Assembly (NCBI GenBank): GCA_043228905.1
Contig: JBHGNT010000016.1
Coordinates: 7,564,001 to 7,628,000 of the forward strand
Direction of reading: 5' to 3'
Origin: Azolla caroliniana
Lineage: Eukaryota > Plantae > Polypodiophyta
Length of the DNA stretch: 64,000 nucleotides
Shown here: positions 1-12,307 of the stretch, piece by piece
How positions within the stretch are numbered: the stretch's first letter is position 1
Layout: each line of letters opens with the position of its first letter
Translations under genes and position numbers: made by a program
The notes under the pieces: model-generated
Databases searched by the model: none
What the model was told of the DNA's origin: nothing
Seen by the model: the letters and a program-made list of their open reading frames with translations, nothing else

Positions 1-12
1 TCGGAAGTAAAT

Positions 13-2699
13 ATGGCAGCCGACTCGGCAGGTGATATATGGCATAAGAGGCTAGGCCACATGAGTGAGAAGGGAATGCACCTGGTAGCTAACCAAAAAC
101 TTCTACCAGAAGTCAAGGGAGTGCACCTGGAGAAGTGTGTTGACTGCTTAGCCAGAAAGCAGAACAGGGCGGCATTCCACTCAAGACCACCGAGAAGAAG
201 AGAAGTTGCACTGGAACTAGTTCACACGTATGTGTGCTATGTGGATTCTCCATCGCATCAAGGTGGACAGTACTTCGTGACATTCATTGACGACCATAGT
301 CGGAACACATTGGCCTTTGTATTGAAGACAAAGGATCAAGTACTGTCGGTTTCCAAGGAGTTCCAGGCAAGAGTTGAAAGAGAGTCGGGTCGGAAACTGA
401 AGGTTGTCCGAACCGACAACAGTGGCGAGTACAAAGGGAAGTTCGAGGAATACTGCAAGTGCCATGGTATTCGAATCGAATACACAATGCCAAAGACCCT
501 AGAATATAAAGGGCTTGCAGAGAGGATGAATCGTACGATCATGGAGAGAGTAAGGAGCATGCTTTCCCATGCGAAACTGCCGAAATCCTATTGGGCTGAG
601 GCATTGTACACAACTGTTTATCTGATCAACAGGTCTCCCTCAGTACCTCTAAAGGGTGATGTCCCACAGAGGGTGTGGATAGGAAAGGATGTCTCCTATC
701 AACACCTGAGGATGTTTGGCATATATGCATGTACCAAAGGATCAGAGGTCAAAGCTCGATAGCAAGTCGAAAGCATGCATATTCATGGGATACTCGGAAG
801 ATGAATTCGGCTTCAAGTTGTGGGACTTAGTCGACAAGAAGGTAGTGAGAAGTCGGGACGTCGTTTTTCTTGAAGATAAGAAAATTGAACACTGGAAACA
901 ACACAAGTCAGAACTAATTCCCCACTCAACCTCGACTACCATCGACTTAAGGCCAAATGTGTCGTCATCGGCAACTGTAAGGAGACAGTTGGCCGACAGA
1001 GCCGAATCCGAGTCGGTTGACTCCGAAAGATTGACAGACTATGAGTCAGAGTCGGCAGATCTACTGAAATCAATTGAGGAATATGAGTTGGAATTTTCCA
1101 ACCTGAAGATGCCAATTGATGAGCAGAATCCCGAGCCGAGAGAAGAGTTGGCAGAGACATCCGAAAGAGAGCCAACAATGAGTGGAAGAAGATACCCACT
1201 CAGAGAAAGGAAAGCACCGACTACATACGCCAGTCAATACATCCTCTTGACTGATGACGGTGAACCGGAGTGCCATAAAGAAGCCATTGCCGACGAGAGC
1301 AAAGAAAAATGGTTGAACGCGATGCAAGAGGAGATGGAATCCTTGCACACGAATTACACCTACGACCTAATAGAGCTGTCGAAAGGTAAGAGAGCACTTA
1401 GGAACAAATGGGTCTACAAGGTGAAGATTGGAGAAGTCCATAGCGAGCCCAGGTATAAAGCCCGCATAGTGGTAAAGGGTTTCCAACAGAAGAAGGGTGT
1501 CGACTTTGATGAAATTTTCACACCAGTCGTGAAGATGACATCCATTCGAACTATTCTGAGCATAGCGGCTGGCATGGACTTGGAGATCGAACAGTTGGAT
1601 GTCAAAACCGCATTTTTGCACGGGGAGCTAGAGGAAGAAATCTACATGCAGCAACCCGAAGGCTTTAAGGAAAAAGGGAAAGAGAATCTGGTGTGTCAAT
1701 TGAGGAAAAGCTTGTACGGAGTAAAACAAGCTCCACGCCAATGGTACAAGAAATTCGAGTCCTTCATGATGGAACATTGGTTCCAGAAAACACAGACCGA
1801 TCACTGTGTGTTCATCAAAAGGTACGAGGAAGGAGATTTCTTGATTCTCTTGTTATACATTGATGACATGTTGATAGTCGGTCAAGATGCAAGGAAGATT
1901 AGAAGCTTGAAGAAAGCTCTCAGCAAATCATTTTCCATGAAAGACCTCGGACCGACAAAGCAAATCCTAGGAATGCACATAACCCGAGATAGAGCTCGGA
2001 AGGTGGTATGGCTGTCACAACAGAAGTATGTGACGAAGATCCTAGAGAGATTCAACATGTCAGATGCAAAGCCGGTCGGCTCAGTGTTGCCGACGAACTG
2101 CAAATTAAATGCAAAGCAGTGCCCGAGAGGTGAGATGGAGAAGGCTGAGATGAGGAAGGTACCATATGCCTCGGCCGTCGGCAGTCTAATGTATGCTATG
2201 TCTGTACGAGACCGGACATAGCATTTGTTGTAGGAGCAGTAAGCCGATATATGAGTAATCCAGGCAGAGAACACTGGGCAACAGTGAAGTGGATACTCAG
2301 GTACTTGAAAGGCACCTCGGAGGTGTGCCTAAGGTATGGTGTTGGAAAACTTGTGCTGGAAAGTTTTACCGATTCGGACATGTCAGAGATGTCGACTCGA
2401 GCCGATCCACGTTAGGGTACGTGATGACCTATGCAGGGGGAGCAGTGTCGTGGCAGTCACGACTGCAGAAGTCTGTAGCTTTATTGACTACAAAGGCAGA
2501 GTATATGGCAGCGGTAGAAGCCGGAAAAGAGCTGATCTGGATGTCAAGAAATTTTCTCACCGAACTAGGCATGAAGCAAAAGGAGTTCTTGCTTCACTAT
2601 GACAGCCAAAGCGCCATACACCTAGCCAAGAACGGGGCATACCACTCCCGAACCAAGCACATATCAACAGAATACAGAATTTTCCTCCCACAGGAGTGA
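13..2699 (+). pseudogene. pol: Frameshifted copia pol of element A (GAG-pre-integrase, integrase, RT, RNase H)
   Basis: WHKRLGH, FIDDHSR, AERMNRTI, QLDVKTAFLHG, LLYIDDML, HIS RNaseH end, split over three frames. Confidence 0.92.
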
Positions 2700-2709
2700 A
2701 GGGGGATTT

Positions 2710-3293
2710 TGTTGGGAATATGTCCCTCTAGTGGGAGGAAGAGCCAACTGTTCGGAAAGCCAACTATCGAAGGGTCGAAAATAGTGATTTGATTGTTATT
2801 ATTATTATGGTAATAATAATGATGATGTTAGGAAATAGATCACTTCGGATGGGGAGAGAGAGGAACCGAGTTGATGAGGGACTATACTTGTAAATAGTCT
2901 CAATGTGCGCCCCATGAGGTCTAGGTATGTAAATAGCTAGAAAGTTGTGTAAGTATATATGCAACTAGGCCAAACCTTAAGAAAAAAATAATAGAAGAGA
3001 ACATAATTGTGAGTGTGTGAAAAAAAAGTGTGTGCAGAGAGAGCCACGCCATAGCTGTGTGAGCAACAATAGACGCGAAGAGCCCTGTGCAGCTGATCCA
3101 CTCGCAAAGAGTGTTGTAATCCTCTCTGTATTGTATATCCACTGTCTATAGTGAAGTTTTGTTCCCGTGGTTTTCCCCATTTTAGGGTTTCCATGTAAAT
3201 CTCTGTGCATAATTGTCTATCTTGTCTTTTTGTGATTCATATTTCAGGATTGTCTGTTCATTATGATTTAAATTCTGCAACGATATCTCAACA
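2710..3293 (+). repeat. 3' LTR of element A (584 bp)
   Basis: Starts TG right after the PPT and ends CA at the junction with B coding sequence. Confidence 0.85.
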
Positions 3294-3769
3294 GGATGTC
3301 TGACACGTTCCGGAGGTTCAAATGAACCTGATATCATCCGGTCGGCTAAATGATGAAGGCTACATGGGTAGCATCCAGAACAGAGTCACGAAGTTCAGCA
3401 AGGAAAGCTTGATTGTGGCTCGAGCCCGGAAAGTCAACACACTCTACCTGATGCATGTCCGGATATGCCGGGAAGAAGTGAACGTACCATCCGACCCTAC
3501 CGGTGAGTTGTGTCACATGAGTGAGAAGGGGATGAAGAGGCTTGCTGAAGACAACCTCATTCCGGTGAAGGACGTCCAAGTTGAGAAGTACACCGATTGC
3601 TTGGCCGACAAGCAAAACCGATCCTCCTTCTGGTCAAGACCACCGATGAGACAGAATGCTCTACTGGAGCTGGTGCATACCGATGTGTGTCAAGTGGACA
3701 CGAAGTCACATGTCGGATCATAGTACTTAGTGACGTTCATAGACGACCACAACCGAAAGTTGTGGATCT

Positions 3770-4225
3770 TGTTGAGAAGCAAGCTCAACAAAGGTATGTG
3801 ATGCTTATTGAGAAATAAGCTATAGTAGCTATTTATTAGCTAATTAGCTACTAGTGGACATAAAGGTGAAACAACTATTTAGCTATGCACAACTATTTAG
3901 TTATTGATAGTTATTTAGCTACAGACAGTTAATTAGCTATTGGCAACTAATTAGCTGCATATACAAGTCACTTATGTACTTGGGTAAAAAGTAAGTAGTA
4001 AGTAGTAAGTAGAAGAGTGAGAGTAGTGCAGAGAATAAGAAACAAAAAACAAAAAACAGAACGAGAGCGAGTTGAGCTCTGCATGTAATGAAGTAGAAGC
4101 TTTTTGGATTGTGCAGAGGTAAGCCTCCTTCCCCTTCCCCTTCCCCTTTTCTGTCTTGAGCACTCAACGATCCAGCACACCACGATCCGTTGTGCACACA
4201 GAAGAGTTGTAGCGCCTTCGTAACA
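3770..4225 (+). repeat. 5' LTR of element C
   Basis: Direct repeat of 10824-11248 with small indels. Confidence 0.93.
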
Positions 4226-4237
4226 TGGTATTAGAGC
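4226..4237 (+). promoter_or_regulatory. PBS, tRNA-iMet type (element C)
   Basis: TGGTATTAGAGC, one mismatch to TGGTATCAGAGC, directly after the LTR. Confidence 0.88.
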
Positions 4238-4363
4238 AAGGTTGCTCATAAAGAAGAGTATAGCAGTGCACAGATCTGAGAAGGTTATTTCTCTGTTTGT
4301 TTATTTGAATCAGAGAGTTACTTGTTGAAGTAATTGTAGCAAAAGCCCTAATAGAAAGAGAAA

Positions 4364-7021
4364 ATGGCTGCTGAGAATGTAGGCCAAATCGTTACAGAGA
4401 AATTAGATAAAAACAATTTCCCGGCGTGGAAATTCAGAATGAAAAACTTCCTTATGGGGAAAGGATACTGGGATTATATTGAAGGAGACCTAGAAGAGGC
4501 TCCAGAGATCCCTGAAGAAAATGCATCTACTGCACAGATTAAAGCATTTAAAGAATGGAACCAAGGGGCAAGAAAGGTATTGCATTGGTTGTCCTTTAGC
4601 ATCTCAGATTCGATGCTTGGACACATACAGGATGTTATGCTTCCAAAAGAAGCTTGGGAAAGTTTAGTAAAATTGTTTGTAGTGAACACAAAGGCAAGAA
4701 AGCTCCAGTTAAAGACTGAGCTAAATACCTTGGAAAAAGGTAAGATGTTAGTGAATGAGTATGCTTTGAAAATAAAGAGCATATGTGAATCACTTGCTTC
4801 TATCAATGTGAAGATAGAAGATGATGATACAGTGGAAATTTGTTTAAGAGGCTTAGGATCTCAATACAAGAGTTTCAAAACATCTATTCTCACAAGGGAT
4901 AGTATCCCAAGTTTTCTATATCTGGTTTCAATGCTTGTAGTAGAAGAAAGAAATCAAATGGATGATATAAACAATGGAAACTCAAAGAATGAGGCGCAAG
5001 CCCTCTACAATAGTGCTGGAAGAGGCCGAGGAAGAGGCCATGGAAGATTTGGTTCAGCTAGATTCAACAATAATTATCAAGGAAGAGGACAACAAGCCAT
5101 TAGTGGAAGAAACAACATCAGAGGCAAGGGGAGCAATCGAGCAAGAGGTAAGCAAACCTATTTGAATTATGATGGCTATTGGTATTGTGGAAAACTAGGG
5201 CACATACAGGCTGAATGCTATAAAAAGCAAAATGATGAGAAAAGAGGAAAGAGACAACAAAATAATTATGCCTCAACTAGTGAAGACTGTGATGAAGATG
5301 ATGCATTTGTGATGCAACATGAAACAACAGCAGTGGCTGAATGTTCACAGAGATGTAATGAAGAGTTTATGTGGTATGTAGATTCTGGGGCATCTAATCA
5401 TATGATAGGACATAAAAACTGGTTTGAAAGTCTAAGAGAACTAGAGGTTCCTGGTTATGTACATACAGGTGATAATACTACTCACCAAATAGAGCATGTT
5501 GGAGATATCCCATTGTGGGAAGAAAAAGGGAAAACAAAGTATATGTTGAATGTTATGCATGTTCCAAACCTTGCAAAAAATCTGATTTCTGTTGCACAGA
5601 TAGTAGAGCAAGGAATGCAAGTGAAATTTAAGCAAAGTGGATGCTTCATAGAGAAAAATGGAAAGCTCATTGCAAAAGGAAAACGAGAAGGAAGGATGTT
5701 TGTGTTAGATGTGGATATGCCTAGGAAGATTACAGTCATGTTTACAGAAGGTATGAGTGTAATCTCAAAAGTGGAAATGTGGCATAAAAGAATCGGTCAC
5801 ATAAGTATGCAAACATTGAAAAATATGTTGAGGAAAGATCTAGTGGTTGGATTGCCTAAGCTCAAAGATTGTGAGATGGGAAAAATATGTGAAGCATGTC
5901 AATATAGAAAGCAAAACAGGTTGCCTTTCCCTCCTGAAAGAGATGTAAGTAAAAATCTATTGGATTTGGTACATACGGATGTATGGGGACCAGCAAAAAA
6001 TGCATCTATTGGTGGCTGCAGATTTTATGTAACATTTATTGATGATTGCTCAAGGAAAACATGGGTGTACTTTATGAAAGAAAAAAGTGAAGTATTTGTT
6101 TGCTTCCGTAAGTTCAAATGTATGGTAGAAAAAGAAGCCGGAACAAGAATAAAATGTCTTAGATCCGATGGAGGAGGAGAATATTTCTCCAATGAATTTT
6201 CTGATTTTCTATGCAATCAGGGAATAAGAAGACAGTTCACATGTAGATATACTCCACAACAAAATGGAGTTGCTGAGAGAAAAAACAGAACTTTGGTGAA
6301 CATAGCAAGGGCTATGATGACTAAAAAAAATATGACATTGTATTACTGGGCAGAAGCTTTAAACACTGTTAATTATATTCTAAATAGATGTATAACATCT
6401 GGAGTGCATGAGGTAACTCCTGAAGAATGTTTCTATGGAAGGAAACCTAGCTTAGGACACTTGAAAGTGTTTGGATGCCTTGCATATGTTCATGTACCTG
6501 CTAAAGTGAGAAGTAAGCTTGATCCAAAAGCTGGAAAATGTATTTTTGTTGGATATTCAGAGGAGCAAAAAGGGTATAGATGCTATAAACTTTTGACAAA
6601 AAAGATTGTGGTAAGTCGGGATGTAATATTTGATGAGTTGGGCAGTTGGTATAGCCCAAAACAAAATGTAGAAACTGATGAAGATTGTGAAAATGAAGAC
6701 AAGGATAAATCTGAAAATGTAAGAGATAAACACAAAAATGGAAGCAATGTTGGACAACAAAGTTCAACATCAATGGAATGTACTGGACCATCTGGAAGCT
6801 TAGGTAGGAAATCTGAATCAAATGCATGCAGTGGAAAAAGTGCAAGACGCAAAAATTATGATGATAGAAAGGGAAAACAAAAAATGCCAGAGTATGAAAT
6901 GCTTGATGATGTGTCTAGAAACATGGAAGATGTAGATTCAGATAGATCATTGGATGATGAGCTTGGTATAGGATCCCTGAAAATCCCTGGTATGAAAAAA
7001 GCAATGAAGGATGCAAATTAG
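4364..7021 (+). CDS. gag-pol: Copia Gag-protease-integrase ORF of element C (885 aa, ends before RT)
   Basis: EKLDKNNFPAWK gag start, degenerate zinc knuckle, WYVDSGASNH protease, WHKRIGH, VHTDVWGP, PQQNGVAERKNR. Confidence 0.9.
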   Translation: MAAENVGQIVTEKLDKNNFPAWKFRMKNFLMGKGYWDYIEGDLEEAPEIPEENASTAQIKAFKEWNQGARKVLHWLSFSISDSMLGHIQDVMLPKEAWESLVKLFVVNTKARKLQLKTELNTLEKGKMLVNEYALKIKSICESLASINVKIEDDDTVEICLRGLGSQYKSFKTSILTRDSIPSFLYLVSMLVVEERNQMDDINNGNSKNEAQALYNSAGRGRGRGHGRFGSARFNNNYQGRGQQAISGRNNIRGKGSNRARGKQTYLNYDGYWYCGKLGHIQAECYKKQNDEKRGKRQQNNYASTSEDCDEDDAFVMQHETTAVAECSQRCNEEFMWYVDSGASNHMIGHKNWFESLRELEVPGYVHTGDNTTHQIEHVGDIPLWEEKGKTKYMLNVMHVPNLAKNLISVAQIVEQGMQVKFKQSGCFIEKNGKLIAKGKREGRMFVLDVDMPRKITVMFTEGMSVISKVEMWHKRIGHISMQTLKNMLRKDLVVGLPKLKDCEMGKICEACQYRKQNRLPFPPERDVSKNLLDLVHTDVWGPAKNASIGGCRFYVTFIDDCSRKTWVYFMKEKSEVFVCFRKFKCMVEKEAGTRIKCLRSDGGGEYFSNEFSDFLCNQGIRRQFTCRYTPQQNGVAERKNRTLVNIARAMMTKKNMTLYYWAEALNTVNYILNRCITSGVHEVTPEECFYGRKPSLGHLKVFGCLAYVHVPAKVRSKLDPKAGKCIFVGYSEEQKGYRCYKLLTKKIVVSRDVIFDELGSWYSPKQNVETDEDCENEDKDKSENVRDKHKNGSNVGQQSSTSMECTGPSGSLGRKSESNACSGKSARRKNYDDRKGKQKMPEYEMLDDVSRNMEDVDSDRSLDDELGIGSLKIPGMKKAMKDAN

Positions 7022-7263
7022 AAACTGAGAAGATCAGATAGAGAGAAAAAGATTGTTCAAAGATTTGGTTATGACACATATATGGCTATGCATTATGCAT
7101 ACATGTCTAAAGTGGTACAAATGTCTAAAGTATGAAAAAAGCAATGAAGGATGCAAATTAGAAACTGAGAAGATCAGATAGAGAGAAAAAGATTGTTCAA
7201 AGATTTGGTTATGACACATATATGGCTATGCATTATGCATACATGTCTAAAGTGGTACAAATG
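6990..7263 (+). repeat. Exact 134-bp tandem duplication (6990-7123, 7130-7263)
   Basis: GTATGAAAAAAGCAATG...GTGGTACAAATG twice, separated by TCTAAA. Confidence 0.92.
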
Positions 7264-10200
7264 GAAGAAACAACATCAGAGGCAGGGGGAGCAATCGAGT
7301 TAGAGGTAAGAAAACTTATTTGAATGATGATGGTTGTTGGTATTTTGGAAAACCAGGCCATACACAGGCCGAATGCTATAAAAAGCAAAATGATGAAAAA
7401 ACAAGGAAGAGACAGCAAAATAACTATGCTTCAACTAGTGAAAACTTTGATAAAGAAGGTGCATACATGATACAACAACAATGGTTGAATGTTCACAAAG
7501 ATGCAATGAAGATTATATGTGGTATGTAGATTCAGGGGCATCTAATCATATGATTAGACATGCAAAATGGTTTGAAAGTCTAAGAGAACCAAAGATTCCT
7601 AGTTATGTACAAACATGTGATAATACCACTCATACAATTGAGCATATTGGAGATATCCCATTGTTGGAAGAAAAAGGGAAAACAAAGTATATGTTGAATG
7701 TTATGCATGTGCCAAACCTTGCAAAAAAACTGATTTCTGTTGGACAGATAGTAGAGCAAGGAATGCAAGTTAAGTTTAAGCAAAGTGGATGCTTTGTAAA
7801 GAAACATGGAAAGCTTATTACAAAAGGAAAACGACAATGAAGAATGTTTGTGTTAGATGTGGATATGCCTAAAAAGATTACAACCATGTTTGCAGAAGGA
7901 ATGACTGTAATCTCAGATGTGGAGATGTGGCATAAAAGAATCGGTCACATAAGTATGCAAACCTTGAAAAATATGTTGAGGAAAAATGCAGTGGCTGGAC
8001 TGCCTAAGTTGAAAGATTGTGAGATGAGCAAAATATGTGAAGCATGCCAAAATGGAAAGAAAAACAGGTTACCTTTCCCTCATGAAAGAGATGTAAGCAA
8101 AAATTTGTTGGATTTGGTACATGCAGATGTTTGGGGACCAACAAAAAATGTATCAATAGGTTTTATGTAACATTTATCGATGGTTGCTCAAGGAAAACAT
8201 GGGTTTACTTCATGAAAGAGAAAAGTGAAGTATTTGATTGCTTTCGTAAGTTTAAATGCATGGTAGAAACGCAAGCTGGAACTAAAATAAAATGTTTAAG
8301 ATTTGATGGAGGAGAATACTTTTCAAATGAATTTTCTAATTTTCTATGCAATCAAGGAATAAGGAGACAATTCACATGTAGATATACTCCACAGCAAAAT
8401 GGAGTGGCTAAGAGAAAAAACAAAACTTTGGTGAACATAGCAAGAGCCTTGATGACTGAAAAAAATATGTCATTGTATTACTGGGCAGAAGTTGTAAACA
8501 CAACAAACTTTATTCTAAATAGATGTATAACATCTGGAGTACATGAAGTAACTCCTAAAGAATGATTCTATGGAAGGAAACCTAGTTTAGGACAGTTAAA
8601 AGTGTTTAGATGCCTTGCCTATGTCCATGTACCTACTGAAAGCTTGATCCAAAAGCTGAAAAATGTGTTCTTGTTGGATATTCAGAGGAGCAAAAAGGGT
8701 ATAGATGCTATAACCTGTTGACAAAAAAGATTGTAGTGAGCCGTGATGTAATATTTGATGAGTTGGGTAGTTGGTACAACTCAAAAGAAAATGTAGAAAC
8801 TGATGAACACAGGAACAAATTTGAAAATGGAAGTGATAACCATGGAAATGGAAGCAATGTTGGACAACAAAGTTCAACATCAATAGAATGTACTGAACCA
8901 TCTGAAAAATTTGGTAATAAATCTCAATCAAATGCTTGGAGTGGAAAGAATGCAAGACAAAAAAAATATGATGATAAAAAGGGAAAACAGAAGATGCTAG
9001 AATATGAAATGTTTGATAAAGGATCTAGAAACATGGAAGATGTAGATTCAGATACATCATTGGATGATGAGTTGGGTATACGAGCCCTGAAAATCCCTGG
9101 TATTGAGAAAGCAATGAAAGATGTAAATAAAAAACTGAGGATCAGATAGAGAGAAAAAGACTGTTGAAAGATTTGGTTATGATACACACATGGCTATGCA
9201 TTATGCATATATGTCTAAAGTGGTAAAGATTCTTGATCCAAATAGTTTTGATGAAGCAAAATCTGATAAGAAATGCAAGAAGAAATTGATGCATTGGCTG
9301 AACACAGAACATGGGATTTGGTAAAGTTACTGAAAGGAAAAAATGTGGTAGGTTGCAAATGGGTCTACAAGACAAAGCATGATTCCAATGGAAATGTTAG
9401 TAGACATAAAGCAAGACTTGTTGCAAAGGGATATGCCCAAATGCAAGGAATTGATTACGATGAGACATTTGCACCGGTTGCAAAGATGGCAACATTGAGG
9501 ACATTACTTGTTGTAGGTGCAACCAGAAGATGGGTTTTGCATCATATGGATGTAAAAAATGCTTTTTTGCATGGTAACTTAGAAGAAGAAGTGTATATGT
9601 GTCAACCACCAAGTTTTGAAGATAGGAAGCAAACTGAATATGTTTGTAAGCTGAAAAAGGCTCTCTACGGACTGAAACAAGCACCGAGAGCATGGCACAA
9701 GGAACTTTCAGAATCTCTGAAAAAATTTGCTTTCAAAATGTCAAAGGTTGATCCATCATTATATGTAACGAAGATCAATGATTGCATTGTTGTGATCTTG
9801 ATATATGTTGATGATCTAATCATTTGAGGTGATTCTATTTAAGAGATAAGTAAGTTGAAGAAAAATCTGGAAGTGCAATTTCAAATGAAGGATTTGGGAG
9901 AGTTGAGATACTTTCTTGGCATTGAGATGATAAGATCTGAGAGTGGTATACATATGTTGCAAAAACAATATGCAACAACTATGTTGAAGAAGTATGGTAT
10001 GCTTGGATGCAAACCTATTGGTATACCACTAGATAAGAACTGCAAATTGAGGGCTGATTTGGGAGCCAAAATAGAAGATGTAAACATGTACAGGTCTATG
10101 GTGGGTAGCCTCATATATTTGACCATAACAAGACTTGATTTGAGTTATGTTGTTGGATTAGTCAGCCAATTTATGCAACAGCCAACAAAGCCGCATTTGG

Positions 10201-10823
10201 ACTGCATAAGAAGAATTTTGAGGTATGTAAAAGCTACTCAAAATTATGGACTGTTTTACAGGGCTGATTTGGACATAAAGCTGGAAGGATATATAGATGT
10301 TGATTGGGCTGGAAGCTAAATTGACAGAAGATCCACAAGTGGATATATGTTTACATTGGGAAGTGCAACTATTTCATGGAGTAGAAAGAAACAAGCTACT
10401 ATTGCATTGTCAAGTACTGAAGCTAAGTACAGAGGAGCTGCAATAGCTACCTGTGAAGAGGTATGGATCAAAAGATTGCTTTCTGATTTGGGAGAATATA
10501 TAGATGGTGCTGTCACAATTTGGTGTGACAATATGAGCAACATTCAACTGGCAAAAAACCTAGTGTTCCATGCAAGAACAAAGCACATTGAGGTGCATTA
10601 TCACTTTGTTAGAGAAAAAGTGATTGATGGAGAAGTGGATCTGTTGTATGTAAGTACAAATCAGCAAGTGCCTGATATTCTTACGAAGGGATTGAGCATG
10701 GAAAAACATACATAGTTTAGAGACATGATAGGAGTTATAACCATCGGCATGGTAGCTGAAAAGCATGAAGGAAAGAAGACTGAAGATGACCCCAAGAAAG
10801 GATAAGTTGAGCTTGAGGGGGAG
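7262..10823 (+). pseudogene. pol: Second, diverged zinc knuckle-protease-integrase copy followed by RT-RNase H (element C)
   Basis: 7262-9225 repeats 5104-7117; then [31 protein letters not shown] in broken frames. Confidence 0.9.
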
Positions 10824-11248
10824 TGTTGAGAAGTAACAAAGGTATGTGATGCTTATTGAGAAATAAGCTATAGTAGCTATTTATTAGCTAATTAGCAACT
10901 AGTGAACATAAAGGTGAAACAACTATTTAACTATGCACATCTATTTAACTATGCACATCTATTTAGCTACAGATAGCTAATTAGTTGCATATACAAGTCA
11001 CTTATGTACTTAGGTAAAAAGTAAGTAGTAAGTAGTAAGTAGAAGAGTGAGAGTAGTGCAGAGAGTAAGAAACAGAAAACAGAAAACAAACGAGAACGAG
11101 TTGAGCTTTGCGTGTAATGAAGTAGAAGCTTTTTGGACTGTGTAGAGGTAAGCCTCCTTCCCCTTCCCCTTTTCTGTCTTGAGCACTAAACGATCCAGTA
11201 CACCACGATCCGTTGTGCACACAGAAGAGCCGTAGCGTCTTCGTAACA
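10824..11248 (+). repeat. 3' LTR of element C
   Basis: Follows the PPT; matches 3770-4225. Confidence 0.93.
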
Positions 11249-11852
11249 AATCTCACCATTGAAGATGAAGGATTAGGTGTTATCTGTCTTCAAGGAGCTC
11301 CACATGAGAGTCGAAAGAGAAGCCGGTCGGAAGCTGAAGGCGGTTCGAGTAGATAACGGAGGAGAATACCGGGGTCAGTTCGAGGAGTATTGCCGGTCGA
11401 AGGGAATCCAACTCGAATTTACCATCCCGAAGACGACGGAATTGAACGGGCTGGCCGAAAGGATAAACTGGACCATAATGGTGAGAGTCCGGAGCATGCT
11501 CACACACGCCAAGTTACCCAAGATGTTTTGGGCTGAGGCACTGACAGCGGACCTATGTGATAAATAGATCACCCTCAGTACCCTTGGGAGGAGACTCACC
11601 TTAGAAAGTATGGACCGATAAAGATATATCTTACCGGCATGTGAAGGTGTTCAGGTGTCTCGCATACATACATGTGGCGAAGGACAAGAGAGCAAAGCTG
11701 TATCCGAAGTTCCGACCATGCATATTCCTTGGATACGGCGATGATGAGTTCGGTTACCGGGTGTGGGGTTTGGTTGACAAGAAGGTGTTCTGGAGTAGGG
11801 ACATAGTCTTCATGGAAGACATGACCATTACCGAATGGGAGTAGGAGAAGAA

Positions 11853-12285
11853 TGTTACCGGCCGGCAAAGGAGTCCAGAGTGTGAAACGGGGAGTTATTT
11901 AATTAGTAGGAATGGTTGTAAGTAAGCTATGAGTGTGGACGGACGGACCGGAATCGGTATGCCGTTCCGGATCCGGACCGATCCCGAACAGGTGCGGATG
12001 GCATCGTTTTGTAATACAGACCGAAAACCTATTTAAAGGCCCGGATACAATGTAATGAACAATGGTTAATTAATAAAGCTTAGTGTTGTTATCTCTCTGT
12101 GATAATTGCCGTTCTGCATTCATTGTTATATCTTACGCGTGTGATTATTAAAGACGATCATGCTAAGTAACCTAATTAAGTCGGATTAATCATTGAGTCT
12201 AATCCTGTTGCCGTAACACCCCTTTGGTGAAGTGTCTTCCGTAGACACCCTGTGTTAGGCCATTGTCTGGCCCTAAGAGTTAACA
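11853..12285 (+). repeat. 5' LTR of element D
   Basis: TGTTACCGG...GAGTTAACA; about 12 transitions versus the 3' LTR (by eye). Confidence 0.95.
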
Positions 12286-12292
12286 CAGTTTT

Positions 12293-12302
12293 TGGCGACC
12301 AC
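12293..12302 (+). promoter_or_regulatory. PBS, probably tRNA-Arg(UCG) (element D)
   Basis: TGGCGACCAC is complementary to the ...GUGGUCG-CCA 3' end of plant tRNA-Arg(UCG) as I recall it; 7-nt spacer after the LTR. Confidence 0.65.
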
Positions 12303-12307
12303 GAGTC

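Larger units (their letters stand above)
1..3293 (+). mobile_element. Ty1/copia element A, 3' part (5' end outside window), inserted in copia B
   Basis: INT-RT-RNaseH order in ORFs 13-762, 716-2221, 2289-2699; PPT GAGTGAAGGGGGA ~2694-2706; LTR TGTTGGG...TCTCAACA; host B coding sequence resumes at 3294 (D-V-x-H-V-P-E-V). Confidence 0.93.
3770..11248 (+). mobile_element. Full-length Ty1/copia element C (Bryco-like) with internal duplication
   Basis: LTRs 3770-4225 and 10824-11248 (TGTTGAG...TAACA); PBS 4226-4237; PPT GAGGGGGAG 10815-10823; TSD GATCT/AATCT (4/5). Confidence 0.95.
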
